NCBI RefSeq assembly: GCF_001194135.2
Contig: NC_069005.1
Location: 1,164,478 to 1,228,477, forward strand
Direction of reading: 5' to 3'
Origin: Octopus bimaculoides
Taxonomy: Eukaryota
Length of the DNA stretch: 64,000 nucleotides
Both the position numbers and the translations under genes were made by a program. Below, one piece after another: positions 1-11,516 of this stretch (positions are counted from its first letter, which is position 1; each line of letters opens with the position of its first letter). Under the pieces are notes generated by a model. It was not told the DNA's origin, did not search any database, and saw nothing but the letters and a program-made list of their open reading frames with translations.

Positions 1-62
1 GATTCTGTAAAACTTAAATATTCTCCCATCCCAACCCACCACCTGGCAAAATTGAAGTCTGT

Positions 63-243
63 ATCGTCATCATCATCATCATTCAACGTCCGTTTTCCAT
101 GCTGGCATGGGTTGGATGGTTTGAGAGGAGCTAGTAAGGCCAGGGGCTCCATTGTCTGTTTTCTACAGCTTGATGCCCTTCCTAACACCAACCACTTCAC
201 AGCATGTACTGGATACTCTTTAAAATGGCACCAGCACCAGTGC
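63..243 (-). mobile_element. V-like/RTE-tail SINE
   Basis: (CAT)n-tcaacgtccgttttccatgctggcatgggttgg...gatgcccttcctaacaccaacc. Confidence 0.7.
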
Positions 244-480
244 TTTGTATCTTCGTAAATATAGTTTGTAGAGAAACAATATTTGTAATCCTGCTCCATT
301 CAAATCTTCCTATTAACACACAACCAAAGGCAAAAATAGCAAGAAGATCATTGCAATTAAGGCTTCTTCGAAAGAGACAGCAACTAATTTGAGTTGATTA
401 AAAACCAGAGACTATGCTAAGTCCAGAGCCGAAGTAACTTGTTTTGCATTATTACTAAGCTACGTAGAGAAGGGAAACTG

Positions 481-870
481 CCATCATCATCAGTTTAATG
501 TCCACTTTACCATGCTTGCAGGGGTCAGATGGAATTTGCCGAGACAGATTTTCACTGACTGGATGCTCTTCCTGTCACCAATCCTCACCTCTTTCCAGAC
601 ATGTTTTCAAGGGAGACGAAAGCAAGGGAAACTATTTGTATAATGGTGACATCCATTCATAATTATTAATTGTGATGTCAAGACAAGGAGACACAAACAC
701 ACAAATATACATACATGATGGGCTTCTTTCAGTTTCTGTCACCAAATCCACTTATAAGGCTTTGGTGGGCCCAGGGCTATAGTAGAAAACACCTGCTCAA
801 AGTACCATGCAGGAGAACTGAACGTGAAACCATGTGGTTGGAAAGCAAACTTTTTAACCGCATAACCATT
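481..870 (-). mobile_element. Composite SINE (tRNA-like head, CORE-like, V-like domain, RTE-like tail)
   Basis: Minus strand reads head, ...tttggt..gaaactgaaagaagccc, gtctccttgtcttgacatc, gaagagcatccagt, then (ATG)n tail; family recurs in the window. Confidence 0.7.
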
Positions 871-1621
871 GAATGCCAATGCTTGCCCCCTTCACTAAAA
901 AGAAAGCTTTCTCAGTAAACAACGGCAGTTGCTAGATTTCAATGTGACACCAGAGACTGATGTGTTTTAGCCGCAGGTCAGCTCCAACCGAGCAGATTCA
1001 TGACATGCAGGTAAATTGGTTGAACGACAAAGTGCAACCCAAAGATCTGGTTTCAGACACACCACACCTTTGTCTAACCAAAGACTAAACAACCAGTTTC
1101 ATCATGCAGTGATGAATTTTTACTCTCTCTCTCCAGTGACTGGTTTGTACTGAAGCTAAATGATGCTGATGGGTATCTAAGAGAAATGGTGGTGGTGGTG
1201 GTGTAGAGCAATGAACACAGAGAACATGGAAGGTTGACAACAGATTATGTTAGAAACGAAGGGTTGGGTGTACTTTTGTACAGCATACACAGCCAGCCAT
1301 ACAAACGTATACAGTTGTCACACAAAATATATACTGCAGACAACTTTGGTCACATGATAGTGTACACAGAACAGTTAATATTTTCACTTTGATTTTTGTC
1401 TTCCTACTTGTTCTTTTTTTTACGAAGGCACATGGCCCAGTGGTTTAAGTGCTCAACTCATAACAATGACATAAGTTCAATTCCTGGACTGGGTGACACA
1501 CTGTGGCCCTGAGCAAGACATTTCACATTGCTTCTGCTTAACTGGAAACAAGTGGCAGCTTCGTGTTGGTGCAGCTCTCTCTCTCTCTCTTTCAATGGTT
1601 CAGAGTGTTTATAATCACATC

Positions 1622-1790
1622 AATCACATCATCGTCATCATTTAACATCCATTTTCCATGCTGGCATGGGTTGGATGGTTTAACTGAAAACTGGTAAGCT
1701 GCACCAAGTTCCAATCTGACTTACCATGGTTTCTATGGCCGGATGCCCTTCCAAACACCAGCCACTCAGCAGAGTGTAGTGGGTGTTTGT
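1622..1790 (-). mobile_element. V-like/RTE-tail SINE
   Basis: Same family as 63-243. Confidence 0.7.
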
Positions 1791-1923
1791 AAAATGATAT
1801 ATATACATACATACGTTTCTTTACATGTATATACACGTGTATATACAGATATATACATATGCATATATCTGTATATACACGTACACAGATATATACATCC
1901 ACACACATTAAAGAACCTTACAC
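1791..1923 (+). repeat. Direct duplication of a microsatellite-derived block (second copy 3970-4106)
   Basis: Both copies read aaaatgatatata...catacgtttctttacatgtatatac...cagatatatacatc(c/t)acacacattaaaga(a/g)ccttacac. Confidence 0.85.
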
Positions 1924-3065
1924 TCTCCCACAATATTTAGAAGGATTCTTTTTGTTCATTTTTTTTTCTTTTTGGTTTTAATTTTTAAAAGATTCTATCA
2001 GGAAACAAGTTGGTTTTCTGGACAGTGCCTTACTCTTTTGCAGGTAATTTCCCAAGAGATCCCAGAACTTATTTCTGACAGTGAGGTTAGACTACAGCTA
2101 ATCCTTTTTCCAAAAATAGCAATGATCTTCGTGGGCCCCTTTTGGATCCAATGCTGGTTTATTACATGTAGCTTTATCCACAGAAACTGGACCTAGTGTT
2201 GCTAGCAAACTAATCGTACTTCAGAGGCTGCTTGGAACTGCTACACTAACACTCCAAATGGTATCTAGATACAATGGGGCTACTCAAAGGGAAAGTGTTC
2301 TCACCTTAAAGAAGGTGTTATGGACTGCCAACCTCTGCAATGATGATCTGCTACTCTATCCATGGAGATAAGCCTACAGTCTTATCTCACATTGAAATGC
2401 TAACAATAGATTTACTTCACCTCAAATACCATGAGCTCTCAATACAATATTTTATCAGGTCAGTTCTTTCAACTTGCAAGGAGTTCAGTATTAAACTCTG
2501 CTTTCTTGAGTACTAAGTAAATCAAAGACAACTCTAAGACAATTTGGGGATCTATTCCCTGTCATATAGAGATGAACCGAGATGTGTTGACTTCACCACC
2601 ACCACCACCATCCTCAGTGTTAAGCCTCTCTTAATGAAACACTTATTACTATGCAACACAATGCTTTTGTCATGGCTGACTGTTGTTAGTTCACAAACTG
2701 CAGCTAATGTTACTGAGAGGGAAGAGTGGCTTCATTTTCTAGTATTTTGTTGGGTTTTTTGTCATTTTTCTTTACATAATCCTTTTTTGTATTATGAAAA
2801 ACCCTTGCAGATTTTGTTAACCCATTTGTCGGACAGCTTACCTATGCGTACCATCCCCTTTCTTCTTAAACCTTTGTTTTCTAAAAAGTTTTCATGACAT
2901 TAATTCTTAAGCTAAGCAGCTCTGGGCACCATCTGTTTCGAATTAGTCTCAAGTGAATTTAAAATACTGTCTTCGTAAAAAACTTAATTATTGCTATGAA
3001 AATATTAAACCCCGATTTTTCTGAATATACTCCAGCCTGACATTCTCAATTAAAATCTCACTTCA

Positions 3066-3205
3066 AAAAGAAAGAATGCAAGGTGGGTGCTTGGGCAAAT
3101 GACACTATGGCCTCCTTCTTAAAGTCAAACAGTTGTCAACAGAGGGAGAAAAAGAAGAAACATAATAAAATTAAAAATAGTATTAGTAGTAATAATAGAG
3201 CTACA
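3066..3205 (+). repeat. Copy A of a 140-nt inverted duplication (copy B at 6775-6911, minus)
   Basis: Near-identical core tgggtgcttgggcaaatg(a/g)cactatggcctccttcttaaagtcaaa; the ORF track shows matching MGAWANDTMASFLKSNS and MGAWANGTMASFLKSNS. Confidence 0.9.
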
Positions 3206-4149
3206 TCTGTTATCTTGTATAAGGGTCAGTACCAAAAGACATACCAGCAGTTTACTGGGGATTTTTTTTAACTCACAAAGTACAGTACAAGCCAGTCATC
3301 ACTTGCAAGTGAATTTGGCTCTTACGATTTGTTTTAGGTGCCTCTGTAGATATGGGCAGACGGGTACTCTGTCGGCAATCTACTGAGCTAGTAATAGAGA
3401 CAGCTGCACCAGCACCCAGCCAAGGCGCCTGGAACAGCATGAAATGAAGCTCAAGAACACAATGCATTGCCCAAGAACTGAATGCACAACCTTCGGATCA
3501 CAAGTAAACACCCTAGCACACAAACAAATACACACCCATTCACACATAAATATACACCCAGGCACACACACATACACAGATAGGCAGAATCTTTAGACTG
3601 CCAAAGAAAATGTCCTGAAGTATTTGTTGAGGTTCAAGTAACAAGTTCCAACAACCTCCAACGTTAACACTGCCACCTACCACTCAGCTGATAAAATAGG
3701 GTACCAGTCAAATACTGGGGACTAATCCCTTGTCCTTAAAATAATTGCTGGCCTTTTGCCTAAATTAGATATGCTACTCTTTCTCCACTACCACCCTCCC
3801 TTAATTCTCTCTCTCTCATATATATATCAAATGAAGAAAGCACCCTGTACAGTGGTTGGCATTGGGAAGAGCATCCAGTCTTGGAAACCATGCCAAAACT
3901 GAGACAGACCTCCACCCACTCCTACTCACCGAATTCTGTCAATCTGTCCAACTCATGGAAATCAGACATAAAATGATATATATATACGTTCATACGTTTC
4001 TTTACATGTATATACATGTGTATATACAGATATATACATATATCTGTATATACAGATATCTGTATATACAGATATATACATCTACACACATTAAAGAGCC
4101 TTACACATGCACGTGTCCGTGCTTGGAAGAATTGCTTCATAACGTAGAA

Positions 4150-4650
4150 GCCAACAATTATTGAACCGCCAACGCCTCCGTCTCCTCTGCTCACATTTAA
4201 AAACTATATAAACACAACAAATAAATATAAAACCGCTTTTACCAAAAATACTAACAAATATATATTGCTTCGTTATAATGGCTTATATCTCGAGCAATAT
4301 TGTTCTGCCTTAGTTATGAGAGGAAAAAAAGACCAAACTTTCACAACTATGCCGCTAAATTGCAGTAATTTCTGGCCATGGCTAATGCAAACGCCTAGTC
4401 TTCAGCAGCACACGAGTATTTTATGATACAACTTTGCTGCTTCTAACCTGAACCAAAACGAAACATCTGCGCTAAAATGTTTGTTGGTGCACGTTTCAAA
4501 GCCCGTGAAGCGAGTGACAGAAGGCAAAAACCAGTTGAAATATTTTCAAAAACTCCAATTTCAATCCGAAAAGTATAAAGTACCCAACATGGCCGACTGA
4601 TGTGTGTGCATGCAGCTTGCACCTGAATGTGGATGTGTGCACGCTTGGTG
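4150..4650. promoter_or_regulatory. Putative second promoter at a CpG-poor to CpG-rich boundary
   Basis: Abrupt onset of CpGs near 4110, a YY1-like motif AACATGGCCG at 4586-4595, and a candidate minus-strand donor CAG|GTTAGA near 4447. No coding exon was identified. Confidence 0.3.
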
Positions 4651-4727
4651 CATTTCAACGTATGGCTACGTAGATCTATTTCTACCTATGTTTCTGTGGT
4701 CGGCAGTGTGCGAGTGTGTGTACATGC

Positions 4728-4763
<36 letters not shown>

Positions 4764-7693
4764 TTCCTGCACCGGAATGCGTTTTTATCTGTTTTTGTAC
4801 GTCCGTATGTCAGATCTATGTATGGCTACACATGTGAGGGAACACACGCACGCACGCACTAAACAAGTCCGCAGGAGTTTAAAATTAAATGCTTTATTAA
4901 TAATATGTTTTGTTATGACTAAGCTGAAAGCAAGTAACATTTCAAAGAGATGTGGGATACGGGAGTTCGATGGCTTTCACAACCTCCACCCCCATCAGAC
5001 AACTATGATCAAGTGAGGAAGGTGGAAGGAGGGGGGACGAACATTTGTTGAAAATTTTCGATCATGGAACCAAAAACTCTCCAACGTTGATTAGAAATAA
5101 ATAAAAAAAAATGTTATCTTAAACAGACTGGAATCGGATCGTCACTATACACTCACCTAGCTCTAGAACTAGTTCACAGGTTAACTATGTGAAATCACGG
5201 GGTAGATAATTAATTAATTAATTATCTAACCTTGTTACACATGTAGGTTTAAAAACATCTGCCATTATTATTATTATAATTCGTCCTTGTGGCAAATAAA
5301 TGAAATCACCATCACCATCATCATCATCTACAGCTATTATTACCAGCACCTAAAGATGGTCTGAAGTTATTCTGCCCAAGTCCTAATTGAAAATTATATG
5401 TAATCGAGCCAACGAGGTCTGCTCGATCTGCTAGAAACAGCAGCAAAATCTTCCTCAATTCATACATTACTGTTTTAACAACGAAAGAGAAAAAATCGAC
5501 AACGCAACACACGACAGTTATACAAAAAACAGCCAGGATGGTCGTGGCTGGAACGCCTTTGATCCTACAGTAACACAATCAGTGCTGACCAGGAGGCTAA
5601 CACTCCGTAAAAAAAGAAAAAGAAAAAAAAGAAACTTGTTCTATTATTGCTGCTGCTGCTACTGCTACTACTATACACCCGTTCAGGATGAAGTTCCGAA
5701 GATATATTCAGTTATTTACGAACAGCAGCGAAACACACACACACACACCTATAGAGTATGCGATTCCGTAGAAGTTGCTGATTGAAGAGCGTGAGAGAGA
5801 GAGAGAGAGAGAGAGAAGAAGAAGAAAAAACACACCACACTTGTTCCCGTTTCATAAAACAAGCTCTTACGGTTAATAAAAGGGGGGGAAACACTAAAAT
5901 CAACGCTATTATAAGTTGTTTTACATCCCCCACTTGCTATGTATGTATGCGTTAGTATTTATATATATATATATATATATATATNNNNNNNNNNNNNNNN
6001 NNNNNNNNNNNNNNNNNNNNNNNNNNNNNNNNNNNNNNNNNNNNNNNNNNNNNNNNNNNNNNNNNNNNNNNNNNNNNNNNNNNNNNNNNNNNNNNNNNNN
6101 NNNNNNNNNNNNNNNNNNNNNNNNNNNNNNNNNNNNNNNNNNNNNNNNNNNNNNNNNNNNNNNNNNNNNNNNNNNNNNNNNNNNNNNNNNNNNNNNNNNN
6201 NNNNNNNNNNNNNNNNNNNNNNNNNNNNNNNNNNNNNNNNNNNNNNAATATATATAGAAAATTATACAAAATATTCTAAAGTTTCCTACACAGAATCTAA
6301 TTAATTATCACCGACAAAAAAAAAAAAACGTGAAATATTTCGTTAGTCAAGTGGAAAATTTAATGCATTTCTCTCTTTCTCTCTCTCTATTAATTTATGA
6401 AATCAGTTAAAAATTAACATTTATTCCCATTCCTTCCGCAAAAGCTAAACACACGCACTTAGGTGTATACAACAGCTGAATTATTTATTTTAAAATCCTT
6501 TTAAATAAATATTTTCTCACACAGAATTCCAAATTTTAAATGCTCCTTTTTTTCTTGTCTTTATTTTTTTTTTTTTCTCTTCCGATTTTCGGAAACATTA
6601 AACGTATGATTGCTTATCAAGTAAACTATTATTTCCCGATGCATACTTACTTAAAACATTTCAACATTTGTTTTGATATAGTGTAACAGAAAATAAACAA
6701 CAACAAAAACTTGAAAAGCAAATTGCTGAAATGAAAGTGAAAGTATTGCATTCAAACAGGCAAACACAAATGTTTGTAGCTCTATTATTACTACTAGTAC
6801 AATTATTATTGTTATTATGTTTCTTTTCCTCACTCCGTCGACAACTATTTGACTTTAAGAAGGAGGCCATAGTGCCATTTGCCCAAGCACCCATCTCGCA
6901 TTCTTCCTTTTCTGCATGACAATGTCACACGTACTCGCCACGGAACAACGGGGGAATGCTACTATTTCGTCTACAAGAAGTCAAAACATGGTTTATGTAA
7001 CTTGTCTAAAAGTAGGAGAGATAGACAGGCAGGAATTATTATAAGTACAGCTGTAATTTATTAGAAATGTTTTCAAAGCACACAGTCGTAGCATATCAAT
7101 ATTAAATCACCTTTTATTTAGTTGTAAAGCGAGAGACTAGTTTAATAATGCAACAAGATCAAGGTCGAATTTTTAGCTTGCTCTGAAATATAAGTCTTTC
7201 TACACTTCAAACTAATTCTATAAACCATCTTCACACACACACACGTGTATATGCGTATGTATGTATTATATCTTTTATTATTGCTTATCAATTTTATCTG
7301 ATTTGGTAAACTGTTGAGCTCCGTTGAAGCCGATTATTAAGAATTTAATAAAATTACAGCAAGCGAATTTTCTATTATTTCGCTACACAAACGCATTCAC
7401 AGAATGGAAAAAAACAAAAGCAGCAGAATGAAGAAGAAATATGAAATAGTGAAAACGAATTTGTATAGAATTAATTTGTAAATAAGTTGCTTGTTTAATG
7501 GAGTTTATTTATTGCACCAAAACTGTCAAATCTTCAACGAGTGAAATCTTACAGGTTGGTGAAGTTAAAAAAAAAAAAATTCTGTAAGAGGTGACACTGG
7601 CATACACCATTAGCAAGACCGTCATCATATTTAATTTCGTTTCCTACCGACGTGCATGCATTACACGTATGAGTGTGTGTGTGTGTATAAGAC

Positions 7694-7722
7694 ACGAGGG
7701 AGTGTTCCAAAAGTTTTGGACC
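7694..7722. mobile_element. Mariner-like terminal inverted repeat at a gap edge
   Basis: ACGAGGGAGTGTTCCAAAAGTTTTGGACC resembles mariner TIRs; the rest is lost in the N-gap. Confidence 0.33.
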
Positions 7723-9177
7723 NNNNNNNNNNNNNNNNNNNNNNNNNNNNNNNNNNNNNNNNNNNNNNNNNNNNNNNNNNNNNNNNNNNNNNNNNNNNNN
7801 NNNNNNNNNNNNNNNNNNNNNNNNNNNNNNNNNNNNNNNNNNNNNNNNNNNNNNNNNNNNNNNNNNNNNNNNNNNNNNNNNNNNNNNNNNNNNNNNNNNN
7901 NNNNNNNNNNNNNNNNNNNNNNNNNNNNNNNNNNNNNNNNNNNNNNNNNNNNNNNNNNNNNNNNNNNNNNNNNNNNNNNNNNNNNNNNNNNNNNNNNNNN
8001 NNNNNNNNNNNNNNNNNNNNNNNNNNNNNNNNNNNNNNNNNNNNNNNNNNNNNNNNNNNNNNNNNNNNNNNNNNNNNNNNNNNNNNNNNNNNNNNNNNNN
8101 NNNNNNNNNNNNNNNNNNNNNNNNNNNNNNNNNNNNNNNNNNNNNNNNNNNNNNNNNNNNNNNNNNNNNNNNNNNNNNNNNNNNNNNGTGATCAAAGACT
8201 AATTCCTGAAACGTGAGGTTTCTGGAGAAGTACCCCAAGCTTCGAGAATGAAAATTCTACGTTGAAATCTTTTGCACGACTTGCTGGAATAAGATATTCT
8301 ATAAATTGGATACTTTCAATAAACTACCAAATAAGATCACCATGGAATAAATATCGAGTTTTTTGTTTTTAATTTTATATTCAAGATGATACTCGAAGCG
8401 AAAAGATTTTCGCCATCAACACTTAACACAATACACACACATACATATATATATATAAATATATATACATACATTTACAACTACACGGAAGTACATATAT
8501 AACACTTTCGTTAATTAGCAACATTGATGTCAAAAACACAAAATCACAGGTAAAAAAAAAACACCCAAAAAAAGGAGGTTATGTCTTTTATTTCTGAAAG
8601 AACTGATTAAAATTTAATTATTTTCCCTCCTACTTTCCATTAATTGTAAAGTAAGGCTTTCACTTTCGTAAAAGTACTTTTCGTCTTTCGCTGTGAATTT
8701 TCGTTCTTGTAATTTATCAAATATTTTAATATTGCTACATTCACGAAAAAATATATGCTGTCAACAGTCTTATTGCCCCCAAATGCAAAACGTGCTGTAA
8801 TTTCCTCTAAGTTACAGAAATGTGAACAGTGGCCGAAAATTCTTCTTGCAATTTGAACAAATATTGACTTTTTTTTATATATATAATTCTTATAACTAGA
8901 GCATTTTCATTATTGTTGCTATAAATTATGTTTGGTAAACTAAAACGAAAGTAAAAGTTTGCCAAACTGAAAATGTTATACTCTAAGATCGCTGAAGAAC
9001 ACAAAATGCTTGGGGTTTCTTATTTTGCTGGAGACAGATAACTTTGCAATGAGAACAGACTGCTATTTATATTATTGACAGTGGAGGGACAAAAGATGAA
9101 ATTTAAACCGGCGCGATTCGAACCCAAAGCATAAAGGCACCTAAAAAAATAGTACGGGACTTTAATATTTCCGTTAC

Positions 9178-9350
9178 AAGGTGGCGAGCTAGCAGAAAAC
9201 GTTAGCACGCCGGACGAAATGCTACCGAACATTCCGTCCGTCTTTACGTTCTGAGTTCGACTTTGCCATTCATCTTTCCAGAGTCGATGTAATCGATTTA
9301 CCTTACCGTCACCGAAATTGTTAGCCTTGTTCTAAAATTTGGAAGCCATT
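9178..9350 (+). mobile_element. tRNA-derived SINE of a third family
   Basis: ggcgagctagcagaaaacgttagcacgccggacgaaatg...tttacgttctgagttcg...gtcgatgtaatcgattta. Relatives near 12300-12610, 15180-15370, 30590-30760, 32505-32700, 41290-41560, 54250-54530, 59920-60040, 60970-61090 and 62555-62740. Confidence 0.65.
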
Positions 9351-10569
9351 CTTAACTGTTAGCAAATAAGTTATAGGACCGATGGATTAATAAACTATTT
9401 AAAAATAGGAATAGAGCAGGAAATCGATAAACCGAATAACAGTGGTTGTGGCTTTGAAGTGATGCTGAACTTTTTAATTATCTTTATTCTGAACATGTTT
9501 AATGGTTCCTAAGCATGTCGAAAAGATGCAGACACCATCAGCAGACTTTAAACTTATTTAAATTTCCTCTAGTGATAACAGCCCTGTACTCCTTTAAAGT
9601 AATAATTAAAAGAGTACGGAGAGTAAAAGTCTATCAGCCAAATAGTCATTAATAAAGGCATAAGTACAGTTTAGGGACTCAACCACGAATTCATACTTTT
9701 CAAAGAAACTTTGCAGGGATACATTTTTGAGGGTGTAGATTACAATTATACTGGTAATATTTCATTTTCTTTTTTTGTTTGAAAGAGTTTTTGATAATTC
9801 TCTCACTGCTGACTTTATTTCTTCATAACTCCTTTAAAATGGATATTTTCCCCCCTTCTAGTAGAGTCCCAGACAAGGCGTGAAGCCACTTAAAAACTAC
9901 GGCCACAGAAAGAGCGAACACTGAGATTTGAAACAAAATCCTTAAAAAAAAACGAAAACATTAAACTTCTAGAAGTTGGTGGTGGGAAGAATGATCCGAA
10001 ACTAGTCCAAAAGTATTTTTGTTTATGGCGTTCCTACTGAACAGCGTCGGAAATTATCGAGTAAAGAAAAAAATTAAAGCCTTAATTTCTTCGATTGTGC
10101 ATTATAAATTACGAATCTGGACCCTTCCTCCACTCTAAGTTTTGGGGTTTTAGTTTTTCGTTATGAAAAAAAATTTCAGGTTTATATTTTAAATATCCGG
10201 GGTTCTGAATCTTCAAAAATATAACTTTTTAAAAATATTAATTGAAAAAAAAAAAAGTTCGAAAAAATTCAAAATTGAAACATTACAGAAAAGGTGGGGG
10301 ACAACAAACAGCTCTTCCCCCACGATACTTTCTTTTAGCTTTTGCAGAATTATAATCTACGATTCTTAAAAAGAAATTGCGATTTCCTATAAGTTATTCT
10401 TCAAGAACACCGTTTTTTAAAATCCTCTCTACAAAATTCCATTAAAAGAAAAAAAAAAACGTTTCACAAATGAATACATAACGTCATTAATTTTCATAAA
10501 GGGGGGGGGGGCACCAAACTGTAGTTATGCCGACGTGCACACACCAATATGACCCGCACCCGACTTTAT

Positions 10570-10880
10570 TTCTTCATAACTGTCAGAAAAATGGCTATTT
10601 TGGATCGAAATTTTCTACAAATACCTTCCCGATGACGTAAATTACGATTATATCGAAATTTAATGTAAAAAATAATAAACTGCTAAACGAGCACACATAC
10701 ACATATATATCGCCAAATTTTGAAACAATTGTGTGTATCAGTGTAGACGTGTGTACGTCTACTAATTTGTTTGTTTTTTTTACACTAAATTCCGATGTAA
10801 TCGTAAGCTACATCACTTGATGGGGACTTGTACAAAGTTTCATTAAAAAATACCCATTTTCCTGAAATTTATGAGGAGAC
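10570..10880. repeat. Long imperfect palindrome (MITE-like)
   Basis: Left arm about 10570-10680 and right arm about 10766-10880 are reverse complements (gacgtaaattacgattatatcgaaatttaatgtaaaaa vs reverse complement gatgtagcttacgattacatcggaatttagtgtaaaaa); the arm start also recurs near 9812. Confidence 0.7.
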
Positions 10881-10986
10881 AGATTCTGTGATAGAATAAT
10901 ACATAGTCTATTGACTGTTTTTACTCTCGCTGGACCACTGGTGGTAAATAAAATTTCTGAAATTTTCTTTGCCACCCTATAATTTA

Positions 10987-11018
<32 letters not shown>

Positions 11019-11453
11019 NNNNNNNNNNNNNNNNNNNNNNNNNNNNNNNNNNNNNNNNNNNNNNNNNNNNNNNNNNNNNNNNNNNNNNNNNNNNNNNNNN
11101 NNNNNNNNNNNNNNNNNNNNNNNNNNNNNNNNNNNNNNNNNNNNNNNNNNNNNNNNNNNNNNNNNNNNNNNNNNNNNNNNNNNNNNNNNNNNNNNNNNNN
11201 NNNNNNNNNNNNNNNNNNNNNNNNNNNNNNNNNNNNNNNNNNNNNNNNNNNNNNNNNNNNNNNNNNNNNNNNNNNNGGAATAGAGACAGTCATACAGGAG
11301 AAAATAATCTAAAAATACAGTGAGATCTAGCAGAATAATAATAAAGATAATTGTCAGAAAAGAGGAAAATAATATACAGTAAAACAATGGAATTTGAACG
11401 ACTTACTTATCTGATAAAATATAATCGTCCCGAGAACGGAAAGATAACGTATA

Positions 11454-11516
<63 letters not shown>

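Noticed and set aside
1980-2520. Coding-like stretch (KPTVLSHIEMLTIDLLHLKYHELSIQYF)
   Set aside because: Stops in all frames and no splice signals; only faint resemblance to a LINE post-RT region.
3273-4658. Minus-strand ORFs 3273..3467, 3922..4194 and 4443..4658 as exons of a neighbouring gene
   Set aside because: They overlap SINE or microsatellite sequence, show no recognisable homology and lack a consistent acceptor-donor chain.
9178-9260. tRNA-like A/B-box sequences
   Set aside because: They are SINE heads continuing into SINE bodies, with no complete cloverleaf.
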